From Candidatus Woesearchaeota archaeon (lineage in GTDB: Archaea > Nanobdellota > Nanobdellia > Woesearchaeales > UBA583), in NCBI GenBank assembly GCA_965205335.1, contig OZ242164.1:32001-96000 (forward strand): a stretch of 64,000 nt of DNA, read 5' to 3'. Below are positions 39,620 through 50,900 of this stretch, one piece after another (position 1 is the stretch's first letter; every line of letters starts with the position of its first letter). Under the pieces are notes generated by a model. That model ran no database searches, had not been told where the DNA came from, and saw only the letters and a program-made list of their open reading frames with translations. Position numbers and translations under genes: made by a program.

Positions 39620-39672
39620 TCTTTATAAAATTATAATATAAGGTGAGAATATGCAATTTATAAAACTTTTGA

Positions 39673-40761
39673 GACCCTGTCCTGAAATTGTTTTCTTCAA
39701 AATTTGTACTAACTATATTCAATCAAAGAAAAAAATTATTTGTCAAAAATTACTTTATTTATATAATATTTTTCACCTGTATATTACTTCCAACATTCTC
39801 TACCACATTTACTATTTTAATTATTTATATCTATTCTTCAATTCTCTTATTTGTTTAACATCTTCAGTTTTCTTTATCTGCTGAATTTCTCCATTAATTA
39901 AATGAATTGATTCTAAAACTATTTCCTTAGAATTACAACTTGGACACTTTGCAGGGATTCCCATAGATTTCCTAATTTGCCATAAATAATTACAATCCGA
40001 GCAAATCATATATTGACCCTGATGAAGAATCCATTGTAAAATTTCCTTTTGTTTTTCTTTTAAGCTTAAAATAAGAGGTTCTTTTTCCTTATTCAACTTC
40101 TTTAGATATTCCTCCTTTATTTTCAGATATTCTTTCTTTGAATACCACTCACCTTGAAATTTAAGTAAACCTTTCTCAATTTGTTTTTTTTCATATTCTT
40201 CCTTTTCTCTTTGCTTTTCTCTCTTTTTTCTTTGTCTTTCCTCAGAAATCCTTATTTTTTCTCTTTGCTTTTCTCTCCTTTTTTCTCTTTGCTTCTGCAA
40301 TTGGTACTCATGCACTAATTTTTCAACAATATAAACATTTTTGTACTCATTAATACTAAAAAAAATAAATGGAATACCAAAGAGTACAAAAAAATAAATT
40401 AACCAAGACCCAGTTACTACTCCAAGAACTATTGAGAGAAAAAAACTAAGAAACCAACCAAAAGATACATTAACTTTTTGATTTAAATAAGTATTTCTAC
40501 AATCATAAACATATTTTAACATTTCCTTCTTAGTTCTAAATTCCTTATCTGCAAACCTAAAAACCATAAAATAAGTAATTATAAAATTATTTATAAAACT
40601 TCAGTTTAAAATTACCCTCGTCGCAAATTAAGAGGAGAATACAACGCGAGTTTTTTTTAAATAGGATTCTCTGAAACCTAATTATCCTAATAATTATTTA
40701 TTTATATAAATTTCGGTCTTTTATTAATATTTTAAGTTCTCTTGAATTTCCGGACAGAGTC
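39673..40761. mobile_element. MITE split by, or carrying, a cargo gene
   Basis: MITE left ~100 bp (39673-39772) and right ~36 bp (40726-40761) bracket gene 39821-40567. Confidence 0.65.
39821..40567 (-). CDS. Two-TM protein with charged coil and Zn ribbon
   Basis: Hydrophobic hairpin; CSDC...CPSC. Confidence 0.7.
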   Translation of the reverse strand: MVFRFADKEFRTKKEMLKYVYDCRNTYLNQKVNVSFGWFLSFFLSIVLGVVTGSWLIYFFVLFGIPFIFFSINEYKNVYIVEKLVHEYQLQKQREKRREKQREKIRISEERQRKKREKQREKEEYEKKQIEKGLLKFQGEWYSKKEYLKIKEEYLKKLNKEKEPLILSLKEKQKEILQWILHQGQYMICSDCNYLWQIRKSMGIPAKCPSCNSKEIVLESIHLINGEIQQIKKTEDVKQIRELKNRYK

Positions 40762-40763
40762 TA

Positions 40764-41255
40764 TTAGAAATTATCTAATATCTTATCTTGTTGAATGTTG
40801 TAGTTAATTGATAGATCTTCAACATCAGAATATTTCTCAATTTCTTTTTTAATTTCTTTTTCTCTTACTAATGCCTCAAATCTATTTGATACCTCTTCAG
40901 AATATAATAATCTTTCAATACCGTATTTTTTGGTATACTGTGCTCCTCTTCCTCTACAATGTTGTTTATACCTAAACCGTAAATCATAAGTCATTCCTAC
41001 ATAAATTCTCTTATTTTTACACAATAATATATATACATAATGTGGTTTAAGTAATTTACTTTTATTATGTTTTAATTCATTATATATGCATTTTTGACTT
41101 AATTTTGTCTCATATTGAAGTATTAAATTTAATATTTCCTCTGAATCAATTTCCTCTAAATTAATTTGACTATAATTTCTTCTTCTCTTATTATGTCTTC
41201 TTCTTTTATAAATTGATTTTCTAATCAAGATACCAATCATCTTTTCTGTATTCAT
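40764..41255 (-). CDS. GIY-YIG nuclease family protein
   Basis: YVYILLC..IYVGMT..R..QH..GA.YT..ALVREKEIK. Confidence 0.85.
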   Translation of the reverse strand: MNTEKMIGILIRKSIYKRRRHNKRRRNYSQINLEEIDSEEILNLILQYETKLSQKCIYNELKHNKSKLLKPHYVYILLCKNKRIYVGMTYDLRFRYKQHCRGRGAQYTKKYGIERLLYSEEVSNRFEALVREKEIKKEIEKYSDVEDLSINYNIQQDKILDNF

Positions 41256-41503
41256 TATTTACCAGTAATAACTTTATATATATATATAAACTTTATGCAA
41301 TTCTCAAGATTATTAATACATTGTTAGAGTTATTTATATCAAATTACAGATGAAAGTGAATATGTATATTTTGAAGAAAAGGAGATAGAGATGGTTCTGT
41401 CCATAAATTGTTTATCTTAAAATAAATTAGTAAGATTTTGTACAAAACACTTATAAAATAAATACCATTTTATTTTGTTAAAATAGAAAAAAAAGAAGAA
41501 ATA

Positions 41504-41803
41504 ATGGGAGTTGAAAAGTGTACTGATGAGATGTTATTATATTTTTATGAAGAGATAGTGATAAAAGATAATAAGTTTGTTGATAGATTTAACTATCTGA
41601 AGCATATGCAAGATATAGGAATTAATATAAGAAAGAACGCAGATGCAATTAACCATTCATTTGACAGTCTTAGTAACTGGGGTATAAAAATAGATAATAG
41701 TGTTGAAAATATTCTTGATATTGGAGTAAAGAATTTTTGTGTTAAAGGATTAACACCTGAGGGTATTAGAAAAGCTAAGGAGTTGAAGAATAAAAGAAAT
41801 TAG
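41504..41803 (+). CDS. Hypothetical protein (wHTH-like)
   Basis: C-terminal LTPEG motif. Confidence 0.45.
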   Translation: MGVEKCTDEMLLYFYEEIVIKDNKFVDRFNYLKHMQDIGINIRKNADAINHSFDSLSNWGIKIDNSVENILDIGVKNFCVKGLTPEGIRKAKELKNKRN

Positions 41804-42016
41804 ACTCTGATTAATTAAAGAAAAACTTAAAAATATTATACTCTTTGTTATATTTATTATGAGAAAAAATATTAGATGTCCTGATTGCGAATGTACTGCT
41901 TTTCATATTAATAGAATCTCTGAAAATAAATATGAGTTAAAATGTTGGTCTCAAAGAAAATGTACAAAGTACATAAGAGTATTTACCACAAAAGATGACA
42001 CATTACAAGACTTAAA

Positions 42017-42361
42017 ATGATAAAAACTAATAGAATGGATGATTATATATTTAAAAAACTACAAGAGATAAATTATAAAATGCAAATACACAGAGGGTGT
42101 GCAAGTGACAGATTTTATTCTTGTGCAAAAGAAATACAACATCATATCTTACCAAATATCTCAGTGGAAAATATACTTAGTACAAATTATTGTATTTTAT
42201 CTAAAAAAGAATTTCAAAATATGAAAAATGATATAGCAATTGTAGTTAAAGGAGGATTTAGAGTTATCAGAAGAAATAGTACTATTGCTAAATATATACA
42301 ATTTCTGAAAGATTTAGAATTAAATGAAGAATCTAGAAGGAGAATTTTATTAGGTGATTAA
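42017..42361 (+). CDS. Hypothetical protein
   Basis: 114-aa ORF. Confidence 0.5.
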   Translation: MIKTNRMDDYIFKKLQEINYKMQIHRGCASDRFYSCAKEIQHHILPNISVENILSTNYCILSKKEFQNMKNDIAIVVKGGFRVIRRNSTIAKYIQFLKDLELNEESRRRILLGD

Positions 42362-42363
42362 TA

Positions 42364-42786
42364 ATGAGTAAAAAAGAATTAAGGGATGATTTTAGGGAAT
42401 ACTTAAATCAGCAAAAGAAATTTTTAAAATTGCAAGAGAAGGATATTAATGAAAATAAAAAATATAGAAAAGAATTAACTAATTTTACATTTGTTTTGGC
42501 GCTTGGGGTGGTGGCCACATTAATATTAAATGTACTTTGGATTATTATTGAATTGAACAAATCCAAAACATTCTATAATTCTACAGTTTTAGTAATTTTT
42601 ATGTTCATATTAATAATTGTTTTATCTATAGTATCTAATAAAATTAATACTACAAAAGAAATATTAAATATCATTAAAGAAAGACCAATTTTTATGCGTA
42701 TTTGTATTTATATTATTATCTCTTTCTTTATTATTCTTGTTGTTTATTCTATAATAGAAGGGTATTACTTATTTTTTAAAAATTAA
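42364..42786 (+). CDS. Three-TM membrane protein
   Basis: Three hydrophobic segments. Confidence 0.6.
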   Translation: MSKKELRDDFREYLNQQKKFLKLQEKDINENKKYRKELTNFTFVLALGVVATLILNVLWIIIELNKSKTFYNSTVLVIFMFILIIVLSIVSNKINTTKEILNIIKERPIFMRICIYIIISFFIILVVYSIIEGYYLFFKN

Positions 42787-42822
42787 TCTCTGGACAGAAC
42801 TTATTAGTAATTATTTAATATC

Positions 42823-43290
42823 TTATTCCTCAATTTGTATATTAGTTTCAACTTCACAAAATGGAGGTAATTTTTTTTCTTTTAGATATTTATTTTTCAG
42901 ATTATATAAAAATGCTACATCATTTCTATCCAAACTAACATCTTCAAATTCTTTAGGTTCTTCTATAGTGTCTCCCATTCTTTCTTTTATGTCTTCTAAT
43001 TCATTAATAAATTTTGTATGATCATTACCAATATTTTCCCCATCCTTAGTTTCCATTATTAACTCATCAACACAATTTATTAATTCTTCTAGTTTACACT
43101 TAATTTTATCTAATCCTTTTTTGAATTCTCTAATTTTTCCACATTTATTACAAGATTTAAAACACAGACAACGAATCTCCTTTCCTTTCACATAAACTCT
43201 TAGTTCTCTTCTAACCAAATGTTCTTCACAAGATTTACAAATCACTCTTTTTTTTATTCCTCCCATTTTACAAATGAAATCAATAACCAT
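42823..43290 (-). CDS. Zn-finger hypothetical protein
   Basis: CKSC...CNKC. Confidence 0.5.
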   Translation of the reverse strand: MVIDFICKMGGIKKRVICKSCEEHLVRRELRVYVKGKEIRCLCFKSCNKCGKIREFKKGLDKIKCKLEELINCVDELIMETKDGENIGNDHTKFINELEDIKERMGDTIEEPKEFEDVSLDRNDVAFLYNLKNKYLKEKKLPPFCEVETNIQIEE

Positions 43291-43452
43291 TTATTTAAAT
43301 AATTTATGGGAAACCCGCAGAAAAACTACATTTTAATTGACTCATAACACCTCAAACATTTTTCAAAACCTTTAATTTTACTTTCATCATAACAAATTTT
43401 TATTAATTTAGAAAGAGGAAGAAATATTTTTTGAAAAAGTTAAAGAAAAGTT

Positions 43453-43606
43453 TATAAATTGTTTTCTCTAAAATCTATGCTAACTATATTCAATCAAAGA
43501 AAGAGATTATTTGTCAAAAATTACTTTATTTATATAATATTTTAAGTTCTTTTGAATTTATGGACAAAGTACATTACTAGGTTCTATCTGGAAATTCAAG
43601 AGAACT
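43453..43606. mobile_element. Degenerate MITE plus an adjacent inverted MITE end
   Basis: MITE body 43453-43571; GGTTCTATCTGGAAATTCAAGAGAACT at 43580. Confidence 0.7.
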
Positions 43607-43708
43607 CTCTCCAGTCCAGACAAAAGACAAAAATAATTAAAGATGTGTGTAAACTTTAGAAACTTAACGATTTATCAATCTTATTAATAGAACAAATAAA
43701 CAAGATTT

Positions 43709-43736
43709 GAAAAGTGCAGCACAATTCACACTTTTT
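43709..43736 (+). repeat. 28-bp 11-6-11 palindrome, copy 6
   Basis: GAAAAGTGCAG-CACAAT-TCACACTTTTT; abuts the stop codon of 43735-43977. Confidence 0.8.
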
Positions 43737-43977
43737 AACAAAACAATTTTAACTCAGATATTAATTTATTTTTTTCAACAGTAAAAATATATCTCCAACT
43801 ACTATCCAAACGAAAATATCTATTATCATTATTTATGTCATTAAATTCTTTAATTAAATCTTTTAATCTTTCATAGTATGGTTCACAATATAATTTATAA
43901 AAATCTTTATTTTCATTTACATCTATATCTCCATTAAGTATTTTTTTCTTTAAATCTTTTATTTTAATCATTACCAT
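43735..43977 (-). CDS. Hypothetical protein
   Basis: 80-aa ORF with TATA-like box upstream. Confidence 0.45.
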   Translation of the reverse strand: MVMIKIKDLKKKILNGDIDVNENKDFYKLYCEPYYERLKDLIKEFNDINNDNRYFRLDSSWRYIFTVEKNKLISELKLFC

Positions 43978-44011
43978 AATATATTTAATTATAAACTCAT
44001 TATTTATAAAG

Positions 44012-45079
44012 TTAATTATCTTTCTCTAAAAACTCTTTCTCTAACTCTTTTTGATTTCTTTTATGTTCTTTGATTAATTCAATATTTCTATATCTATCAT
44101 TAGGGTCAGGTTTAATTGATTCTTTAATTTTCAAAAAAGATAAATTTAAGTTATAATCAATGTTTGAAGTATGAAAGTGCAATAACTCCGAAGTTTTGTC
44201 TATATTCTCTGCTTTATGAAAATCCATATACGAGCTTACTCTTTTATTTTTATTGCCTGAACAAATCTTTTTAATATAATTTTTTTGCTTTTCTTCTACA
44301 AAATAAATAACTTTGTAAGAATACAAATACTGTAAAGTATTTATCTCTAAAACATCTTTGCTTACTAAATTATAAATCTCATTCTTTGAATTAAAGTCAT
44401 AAACATCAGTATCAAACAAACAAATCATTAGATTCTTGTTTATTGGACAAAATATTTGTAGTCCTTTAGATTGTAATCCTTTGGAACCTAAAGATTTGAA
44501 GTTTAAAAATGAATTATGAAATATAATTGGATGGTCACTAAATATAAAATCAATTTTTGTTTCATTGTTTAATAAAACTATTCTCAAATCACTAATTAAT
44601 GGAAAACTATTTAGGGCTTGTTGTATTTTTATTAAATGCATACTTGGATGTGTTATTTTAACCTTATCTAATTCTTCTTTTGTTGCAACACCTTGCGAAA
44701 TCATCATTTCTTTTATGACATTTTCAGAAAAAAATTCCACAATCTCTTCAATTTCTTTTTTCTTTTTCTTAGTCCTAGTAAATTGAAGTGTAATAAATAT
44801 ATAAAAATTAATTAAATCTTCCTCAGATTCTATTAGAATTTTCTTATTCTCTATAATTTTTTTAAGAAATTTAGATAATTTAGTTTCTATTAAACCAAAT
44901 GCTTTTTCAATCTCTTTATTTTCGGAGTAGAAATTTTTTTCTTGACATTGAGTTTGAAATGGAACATTAAAAAGAAATGAGTTACTATCATTTTTATAAA
45001 TATTAATTTTTTCTTTACCATCAAGAAAATTTCTAAAATAGAATTTTGGAACATAATGTTGTTTTTTATTTTCTGTCAT
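44012..45079 (-). CDS. DUF4238 domain protein
   Basis: KKQHYVPKFYFRNF, IEKAFGLIE, QFTRT, FIFSDHP, PI motifs. Confidence 0.85.
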   Translation of the reverse strand: MTENKKQHYVPKFYFRNFLDGKEKINIYKNDSNSFLFNVPFQTQCQEKNFYSENKEIEKAFGLIETKLSKFLKKIIENKKILIESEEDLINFYIFITLQFTRTKKKKKEIEEIVEFFSENVIKEMMISQGVATKEELDKVKITHPSMHLIKIQQALNSFPLISDLRIVLLNNETKIDFIFSDHPIIFHNSFLNFKSLGSKGLQSKGLQIFCPINKNLMICLFDTDVYDFNSKNEIYNLVSKDVLEINTLQYLYSYKVIYFVEEKQKNYIKKICSGNKNKRVSSYMDFHKAENIDKTSELLHFHTSNIDYNLNLSFLKIKESIKPDPNDRYRNIELIKEHKRNQKELEKEFLEKDN

Positions 45080-45392
45080 TCTTATTTTTCAATTTTTGTT
45101 TTAATTTAAATAATAATAGTTTTTTAATTTCTTGTTCAAGCTCTTGATATTCTTCTTTTGAAATGCCAAATTTTATACACAATTTGTCGATAATTTTAAT
45201 TTTAAGACCTAGCTTTTTTGTTCTATTACTTAATGTAGTTTCAAGTTGAGAATTTTTTTCTTTTAATAATCTTACTTGCCTACTTAAAATATTTATTTTT
45301 GATTTGTAATGTATAATCTCATTAGAAAGTTCTCTTCTTGCAGCCTTTCTCCTACCTTCTCTTAAATTGGGTGTGTCTCCTTTTTTTGCCAT
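45066..45392 (-). CDS. Coiled-coil hypothetical protein
   Basis: 108-aa ORF overlapping the DUF4238 start. Confidence 0.5.
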   Translation of the reverse strand: MAKKGDTPNLREGRRKAARRELSNEIIHYKSKINILSRQVRLLKEKNSQLETTLSNRTKKLGLKIKIIDKLCIKFGISKEEYQELEQEIKKLLLFKLKQKLKNKNDRK

Positions 45393-45607
45393 TTATACTT
45401 TAAACATATTCAATTATTTTTAAATTTAACTTCCACTCTGAAGGTGAATTAATAGAAGGGAAAACAACATTTTATTATGAAGATGGAACTATATATTAAA
45501 TACAAGAAAGAACATTTTTAGATTTAGAATTAATAGAAGGAAAGATAACACATTATAATGAAAATTGTAATATATTGTCCATATTAATAAGCACAAAACA
45601 CAATATG

Positions 45608-45641
45608 TAGACTGGTGACATATGTCACTGCACTACACAAC
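45608..45641 (-). mobile_element. Isolated IS481-like terminal sequence
   Basis: Reverse complement gttgtgtagtgcagtgacatatgtcaccagtcta matches the 63697 end. Confidence 0.55.
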
Positions 45642-45688
45642 CTATTTTGAAAAGAAAACTATATAAATAAAAAAGTAACCATAAGACT

Positions 45689-46447
45689 ATGGCTAACTCA
45701 AAAAGTTGGAAAAAAATCTTTGATGATTATAAGATATTAGAAAATAATTTTAACAAAAATGGGTTTGTCTTAACTGCAGGAATGATTAAAGAATCTTGTC
45801 AAGACTTCAAAAAAACAGCAGAAAAAGAAGTAAGGATTTTATGCAAGCAAGATTCAAGAGAAAACCAACCTGACATTATGAGAGAAAATAATTTGTTCTT
45901 ACTTCCAACAAAAAATGGTGAATATATAATATTGAATGGTAAAGGATATTTAGATATTCCTGAAATTGAAGATAAACCAATAGTCTATGATTCTAAATTA
46001 AATTTCAATTTGGAGACTTCAAAAATTGGAGATTCTGAAATGCAACATTTAGATTTTGCTTATGCTTCAAGCATAATTAGAACTTTTATGAAAGATGAGA
46101 GCTTGGTTTTAACAATCAGAGGAAGAAAATACACGCCAGAATTTTCCTTTTTTGTAGGAAAACAGAAAATTGATGTTAAAAGTGTTCAAACAGAAGTTGA
46201 TGCAGGATATGAAGGTAAGGATAAAATTGTTTTGGTTGAGGCAAAAAACTCAAAAACAACAAACACAATAATAAGACAATTATTTTATCCTTATAGGCAA
46301 TGGAGTAGTCACACTAAGAAAAAAATTTATTTGCTCTTTTTTGAAAAAAGAGGGAATGAATATCTAATTTGGCAATACAAGTTTAAAGACTCAAATAATT
46401 ATAACTCCATAAGTTTGATTAGAAGTACGAGGTACGTAATAAAATAA
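45689..46447 (+). CDS. Putative Type II restriction endonuclease (DUF6997/DUF6996-like)
   Basis: QTEVDAGYEG..LVEAK..RQLFYP PD-(D/E)xK; upstream of an MTase. Confidence 0.7.
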   Translation: MANSKSWKKIFDDYKILENNFNKNGFVLTAGMIKESCQDFKKTAEKEVRILCKQDSRENQPDIMRENNLFLLPTKNGEYIILNGKGYLDIPEIEDKPIVYDSKLNFNLETSKIGDSEMQHLDFAYASSIIRTFMKDESLVLTIRGRKYTPEFSFFVGKQKIDVKSVQTEVDAGYEGKDKIVLVEAKNSKTTNTIIRQLFYPYRQWSSHTKKKIYLLFFEKRGNEYLIWQYKFKDSNNYNSISLIRSTRYVIK

Positions 46448-46574
46448 AGAATTTAAACTTTTAGGTTCAAAGGGGTGGAAGAGATTATCTGAGAAAATTT
46501 ATGTAGAATGCATTAAGGAAGACAAGAATAGTGTTAATGAAAAATCTTAAAAGTAATGAAAGATTACAAAATAT

Positions 46575-47366
46575 ATGAATAAAGAAGATTATACTTTAAT
46601 TTTAGGTGATTGTTTAAAAGAACTTCAAAAAATTGAAGAAAGTTCTGTTGATATGATTTTCGCTGACCCTCCTTACTTTTTATCTAACAACGGATTCTCA
46701 GTCCATAGCGGAAAAAGAGTTTCAGTAAATAAAGGTAAATGGGATAAATCAAAAGGATTTAAAGAAAATTTAGAATTTACAAGAAAGTGGATTTCACTAT
46801 GTAGAAAGGCTTTGAAGGACGATGGGACAATTTGGATTTGTGGAACTTTACACAATATATATTTAGTTGGTTTTGTTTTAGAAGAATTAGGATTTAAAAT
46901 TGTAAATGATATATCTTGGTTTAAACCAAATGGTCCTCCTCACTTAGCATGTCGTTATTTCACACATTCACACGAAACAATACTATGGGCTAAAAGAAAT
47001 AAAAATTCTAAACACACATTTAATTATAAACTTATGAAAAATTGGGATAAATCAAATGATTTTATAAAAAACGAAGGAAAACAAATGAGAAGTGTTTGGA
47101 GCATTCCACTTACACCACAAAAAGAAAAATCTTATGGAAAACATCCAACACAAAAGCCAGAAGAACTTTTAAGAAGAATAATCTTATCTTCAACAAAAAA
47201 AGGAGATTTAGTTTTAGACCCATTTATCGGAAGTGGAACAACAGGAGTAGTCTCACTAAATTCAGGTAGAAAATTTATTGGCATAGAAATTGACAAGAAC
47301 TATTTTAATCTCAGCAAGGAAAGAGTTGAAAACGAATTAAATAAAACCTTAAACAACCATCTATAA
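46575..47366 (+). CDS. Beta-class N6A/N4C DNA methyltransferase (DpnA-like)
   Basis: ADPPYFLSN, HPTQKP, DPFIGSGTTG. Confidence 0.92.
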   Translation: MNKEDYTLILGDCLKELQKIEESSVDMIFADPPYFLSNNGFSVHSGKRVSVNKGKWDKSKGFKENLEFTRKWISLCRKALKDDGTIWICGTLHNIYLVGFVLEELGFKIVNDISWFKPNGPPHLACRYFTHSHETILWAKRNKNSKHTFNYKLMKNWDKSNDFIKNEGKQMRSVWSIPLTPQKEKSYGKHPTQKPEELLRRIILSSTKKGDLVLDPFIGSGTTGVVSLNSGRKFIGIEIDKNYFNLSKERVENELNKTLNNHL

Positions 47367-47597
47367 GTTTACGTTCTTTATTTTTTACCAAGTAAATCTT
47401 TATTGTTCTTCTGCTTTTTCTCTTGTGTTTCTTTTATATTTCCATCTTTATTATATTTCTTCCAAAAACCTATCCAAGAAATATTAATTACATTTCTTAG
47501 TATATTATTTTTTTACTTATTTTTCCCGCATCTTTATTCTTAACAGAACCAAGATGTGATTAAATTTATAAACAATAGTTCACTATAATTTAATAAA

Positions 47598-47885
47598 ATG
47601 AGAAATAAAACAACAGCAGTAATTTTAGCAGTAATATTTGGGTGGTTTGCATGGTTATACACTTATAAAGAAGATAGTTGGAAATTTTGGTTAGGTACAA
47701 TTGGAGGAGTTCTTGCGTTTTTTGGTCTCATATTTAGTATGATAATTATAGAAATAGGAGAACCAATAATAACTGATTACATGCTTCTTATTTTTGATTT
47801 TTTGGGTTTAGTGGGTTTATATTTGTGGGCAATTATTGACTATGCAAGACAACCTAAAGAATACTTTGAGAATTATAAAGGTTGA
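47598..47885 (+). CDS. Small TM2-like membrane protein
   Basis: KTTAVILAVIFG..W; three hydrophobic segments. Confidence 0.6.
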   Translation: MRNKTTAVILAVIFGWFAWLYTYKEDSWKFWLGTIGGVLAFFGLIFSMIIIEIGEPIITDYMLLIFDFLGLVGLYLWAIIDYARQPKEYFENYKG

Positions 47886-47954
47886 AACAAAAATAAAAAG
47901 AATTAAAAATATGTACCATATAATAGATATTATTACAGAAATAGATTATTAAAA

Positions 47955-50900
47955 ATGGAAGAAATGTCAAAAGAGGATAGAGAGAAATTTCAGGAATTAC
48001 TAGCTAATAGAGAAAATTGGGTAAATTCTACAAAAAAAAATAAGTTTGAGGGAATTAATAAATTTCTTACAAAACAGTATAGCAAAGATTTACACTTTAT
48101 TTATGAAATATTGCAGAATTCTGAGGATACAAAAGCCAAAGAAATAAAGTTTGAACTTTTCAGAGATAAATTAGATATTTACCATAATGGAAGAGATTTT
48201 GAATTTAAAGATATTGAAGCAATAACTGGAATTGGTAATTCTACAAAGGAAGAAGATTTAACAAAAATAGGAAAATTTGGTGTTGGTTTTAAATCAGTTT
48301 TTACAATTACACAAACTCCAAATATTTTTTCAGGAAAATATAGTTTCAGGATTGAAGAACTTGTAATTCCGAAAGAAGTTAAGCGTAATGAAGAAATATC
48401 AGGGACACTTATTAGAATACCCTTTAATTCTGATAAACCACCCAAAGAAAAAACATTTGAAACTTTAAGTAATGGATTAGAAAATTTTGAACTGAAAACT
48501 TTGCTATTTCTAAAAAACATTGAAAAGATTAAATGGAAAACTCCAAATTCTGGAGAAGATTATTTAAAGAAATCATCAAAAATTCTTCAAGATAAGAATT
48601 CTCTTGTTACAAGAAGAGTAAAACTGGAATCATCTCTTGGAATAAAAGAAGATTATATTGTTATAGAGAAATCTGTCAAAATAGAAAATAAGAATTTACC
48701 TATTGAAATTGCATTTAAATTAGACAATGATGAAAAAGGTAGGGAGACAATTGTTCCTCAGAAAAATTCAAAATTATTTGTGTTTTTTTCAACCGAAAAA
48801 GATACTTATCTTAAATTTATTATACAAGGTCCATATAAAACAACACCAAACCGTGAAAACATACCATTAGAAGATGAACAAAATAAAGAAATCATTGAAA
48901 AAACAGGAGAACTAATTGCAGATAGTTTATCTGTTATAAAAGACTTAGGTTATCTTAATTCTGATTTCTTAGATATTTTGCCAATAGATAGTTCATATTC
49001 AAAAGAGGATATTTATTCTGTTTTGTATGGAAAAGTTAAAGAAAAATTACTTCTGGAAGAATTTTTACCTACTTTTGATGGCAATCATGCTAGGCCTGAT
49101 GAATGCATATTGGCAAGAGGTAGAAGTTTAACTGAATTTTTGAAAAAAAATGATATTCAAGAACTATATTCAAAGAACTATTGGCTTGATACAAATATAA
49201 CCATTGATACAAAAAAAGAATTGAGAGACTACCTGATGAATGAACTTCAAGTAAAGGAAGTTGATTTTGGAAATTTTGTTAAAGATATAACAAAAGAATT
49301 TTTACAAAGTAAATCAGATGAATGGGTGATTGATTTTTATAGCAAATTGTTAGAACAAAAAAGTCAGTGGAAAGCTCTAAAACAAAAAGATATTATAAGA
49401 TTACATGATAATAGTCATATCTCTCTTCATGATAGTGAAGGTAAAATTCAAGCATATTTACCAACAAAAACAAAGTCTAATTATAAAACAGTGAAAAGTT
49501 CTCTTCTAAATCATAAATACTCTTCAAAGTTCCTTAAAGAGTTTGGAATGAAAGAACCAGACGAATTTGCAGAAGTTGAAGAATTTATCATTCCAAAATA
49601 CAAAAAGGAAAATGTCACAAGAGATGGGGATTATTATGATGACTTCAGGAAAATATTGAATGCTTATGATAAAATGTCACGAAATGAAGTGAATTCTTTC
49701 AAGAATGATTTATTGAAATGCTCTTTTATTCTCTCCGTTAGAAATGATGATACCAAAGAAGAAAGTTTAAGGTCTCCCAATAAATTATACTTTAGTAGTG
49801 ATGATTTAAAAGAGTTTTTCAATGGATATGAAGAAGCATATTTTGTCTCAGAGAAACTTTCTAAAAAATTTGAAAAGGAAAAGATGAAAAAGTTTCTTAA
49901 TTCTTTAGGTGTTAAGGATACTCCGAGAAGAATTAAAATTGGGAGAAGTTTGACTCTGGAAGAAAAAAAAATATTAAAAGGTAGAATATCTTCTTACGAA
50001 AATAATAGCTGTACAGATTATGAATATGAGGGTTTGGAGAATTTTATAAAAAAAGGAATAACACTCAGAAAGTCACGCTTGCTTTGGAGGTTATTGTTAA
50101 GAAGTATCGAAAAACTTGGTACTTGGGGTAAATTCTTCGAATTTGAATATGAGTGGTATTATTATACTTCTCATTCAGAATATTTTGAAGCAAAATTTTT
50201 AAAAACTCTCCAACAAACAGGGTGGTTACTTGATAAAGATGATAAGTTGAGAAAACCTTCTGATATTACTTTTTCACAATTGCATGATGATTACGTAAAA
50301 GACAATTCACAAATTCTAGAAAAAGTTCTAAGATTTAAACCTGATATTTTAGAACAACTTCCTGATGAATATAAAGAGACTCTTGAAAAAGGTAAGATGG
50401 TAGAAGAATTAGGTTTAACCGAAGATGATTTGAAAGAAGTTGCAAAGAAGAAAAGTCAAGAGCAAAATAAAGTACAAGAAACTTGGACACCTGAATGTGA
50501 ACCTGAGAATATGTTAAATTCAGAAATAGAAGAGGTAGATCCTTCTAAAATAATTACTCCAGATAGGGATTTGTCAAATCAGAGGAGAAGTAATAGAACA
50601 AAAGAAATAGAAGAATTATCAGAGGAAACTAAAATAACAGGAAGAGAAACTTTTGAGAAGACACCTGCAGATAAAAAAGCAATTGGAGATTGGGGAGAAA
50701 AATATGTTTACGAATATCTAAAGGAAAAATACAAAGAACAAGAAGGATGCGAAATAATATGGATGAATGATAATATGACTGGAGAAGGTTACGATTTTTG
50801 TATCAAAAAAAACGGAGAGGAAATTAAATATATAGAAGTAAAAAGCAAAACCGAAGAAAATCCTATGTTGGTGGAAATACAAGGAGCACAATGGGAATTT

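Noticed and set aside
39651-39884. 77-aa plus-strand ORF
   Set aside because: Translates MITE sequence and the antisense of the neighbouring gene.
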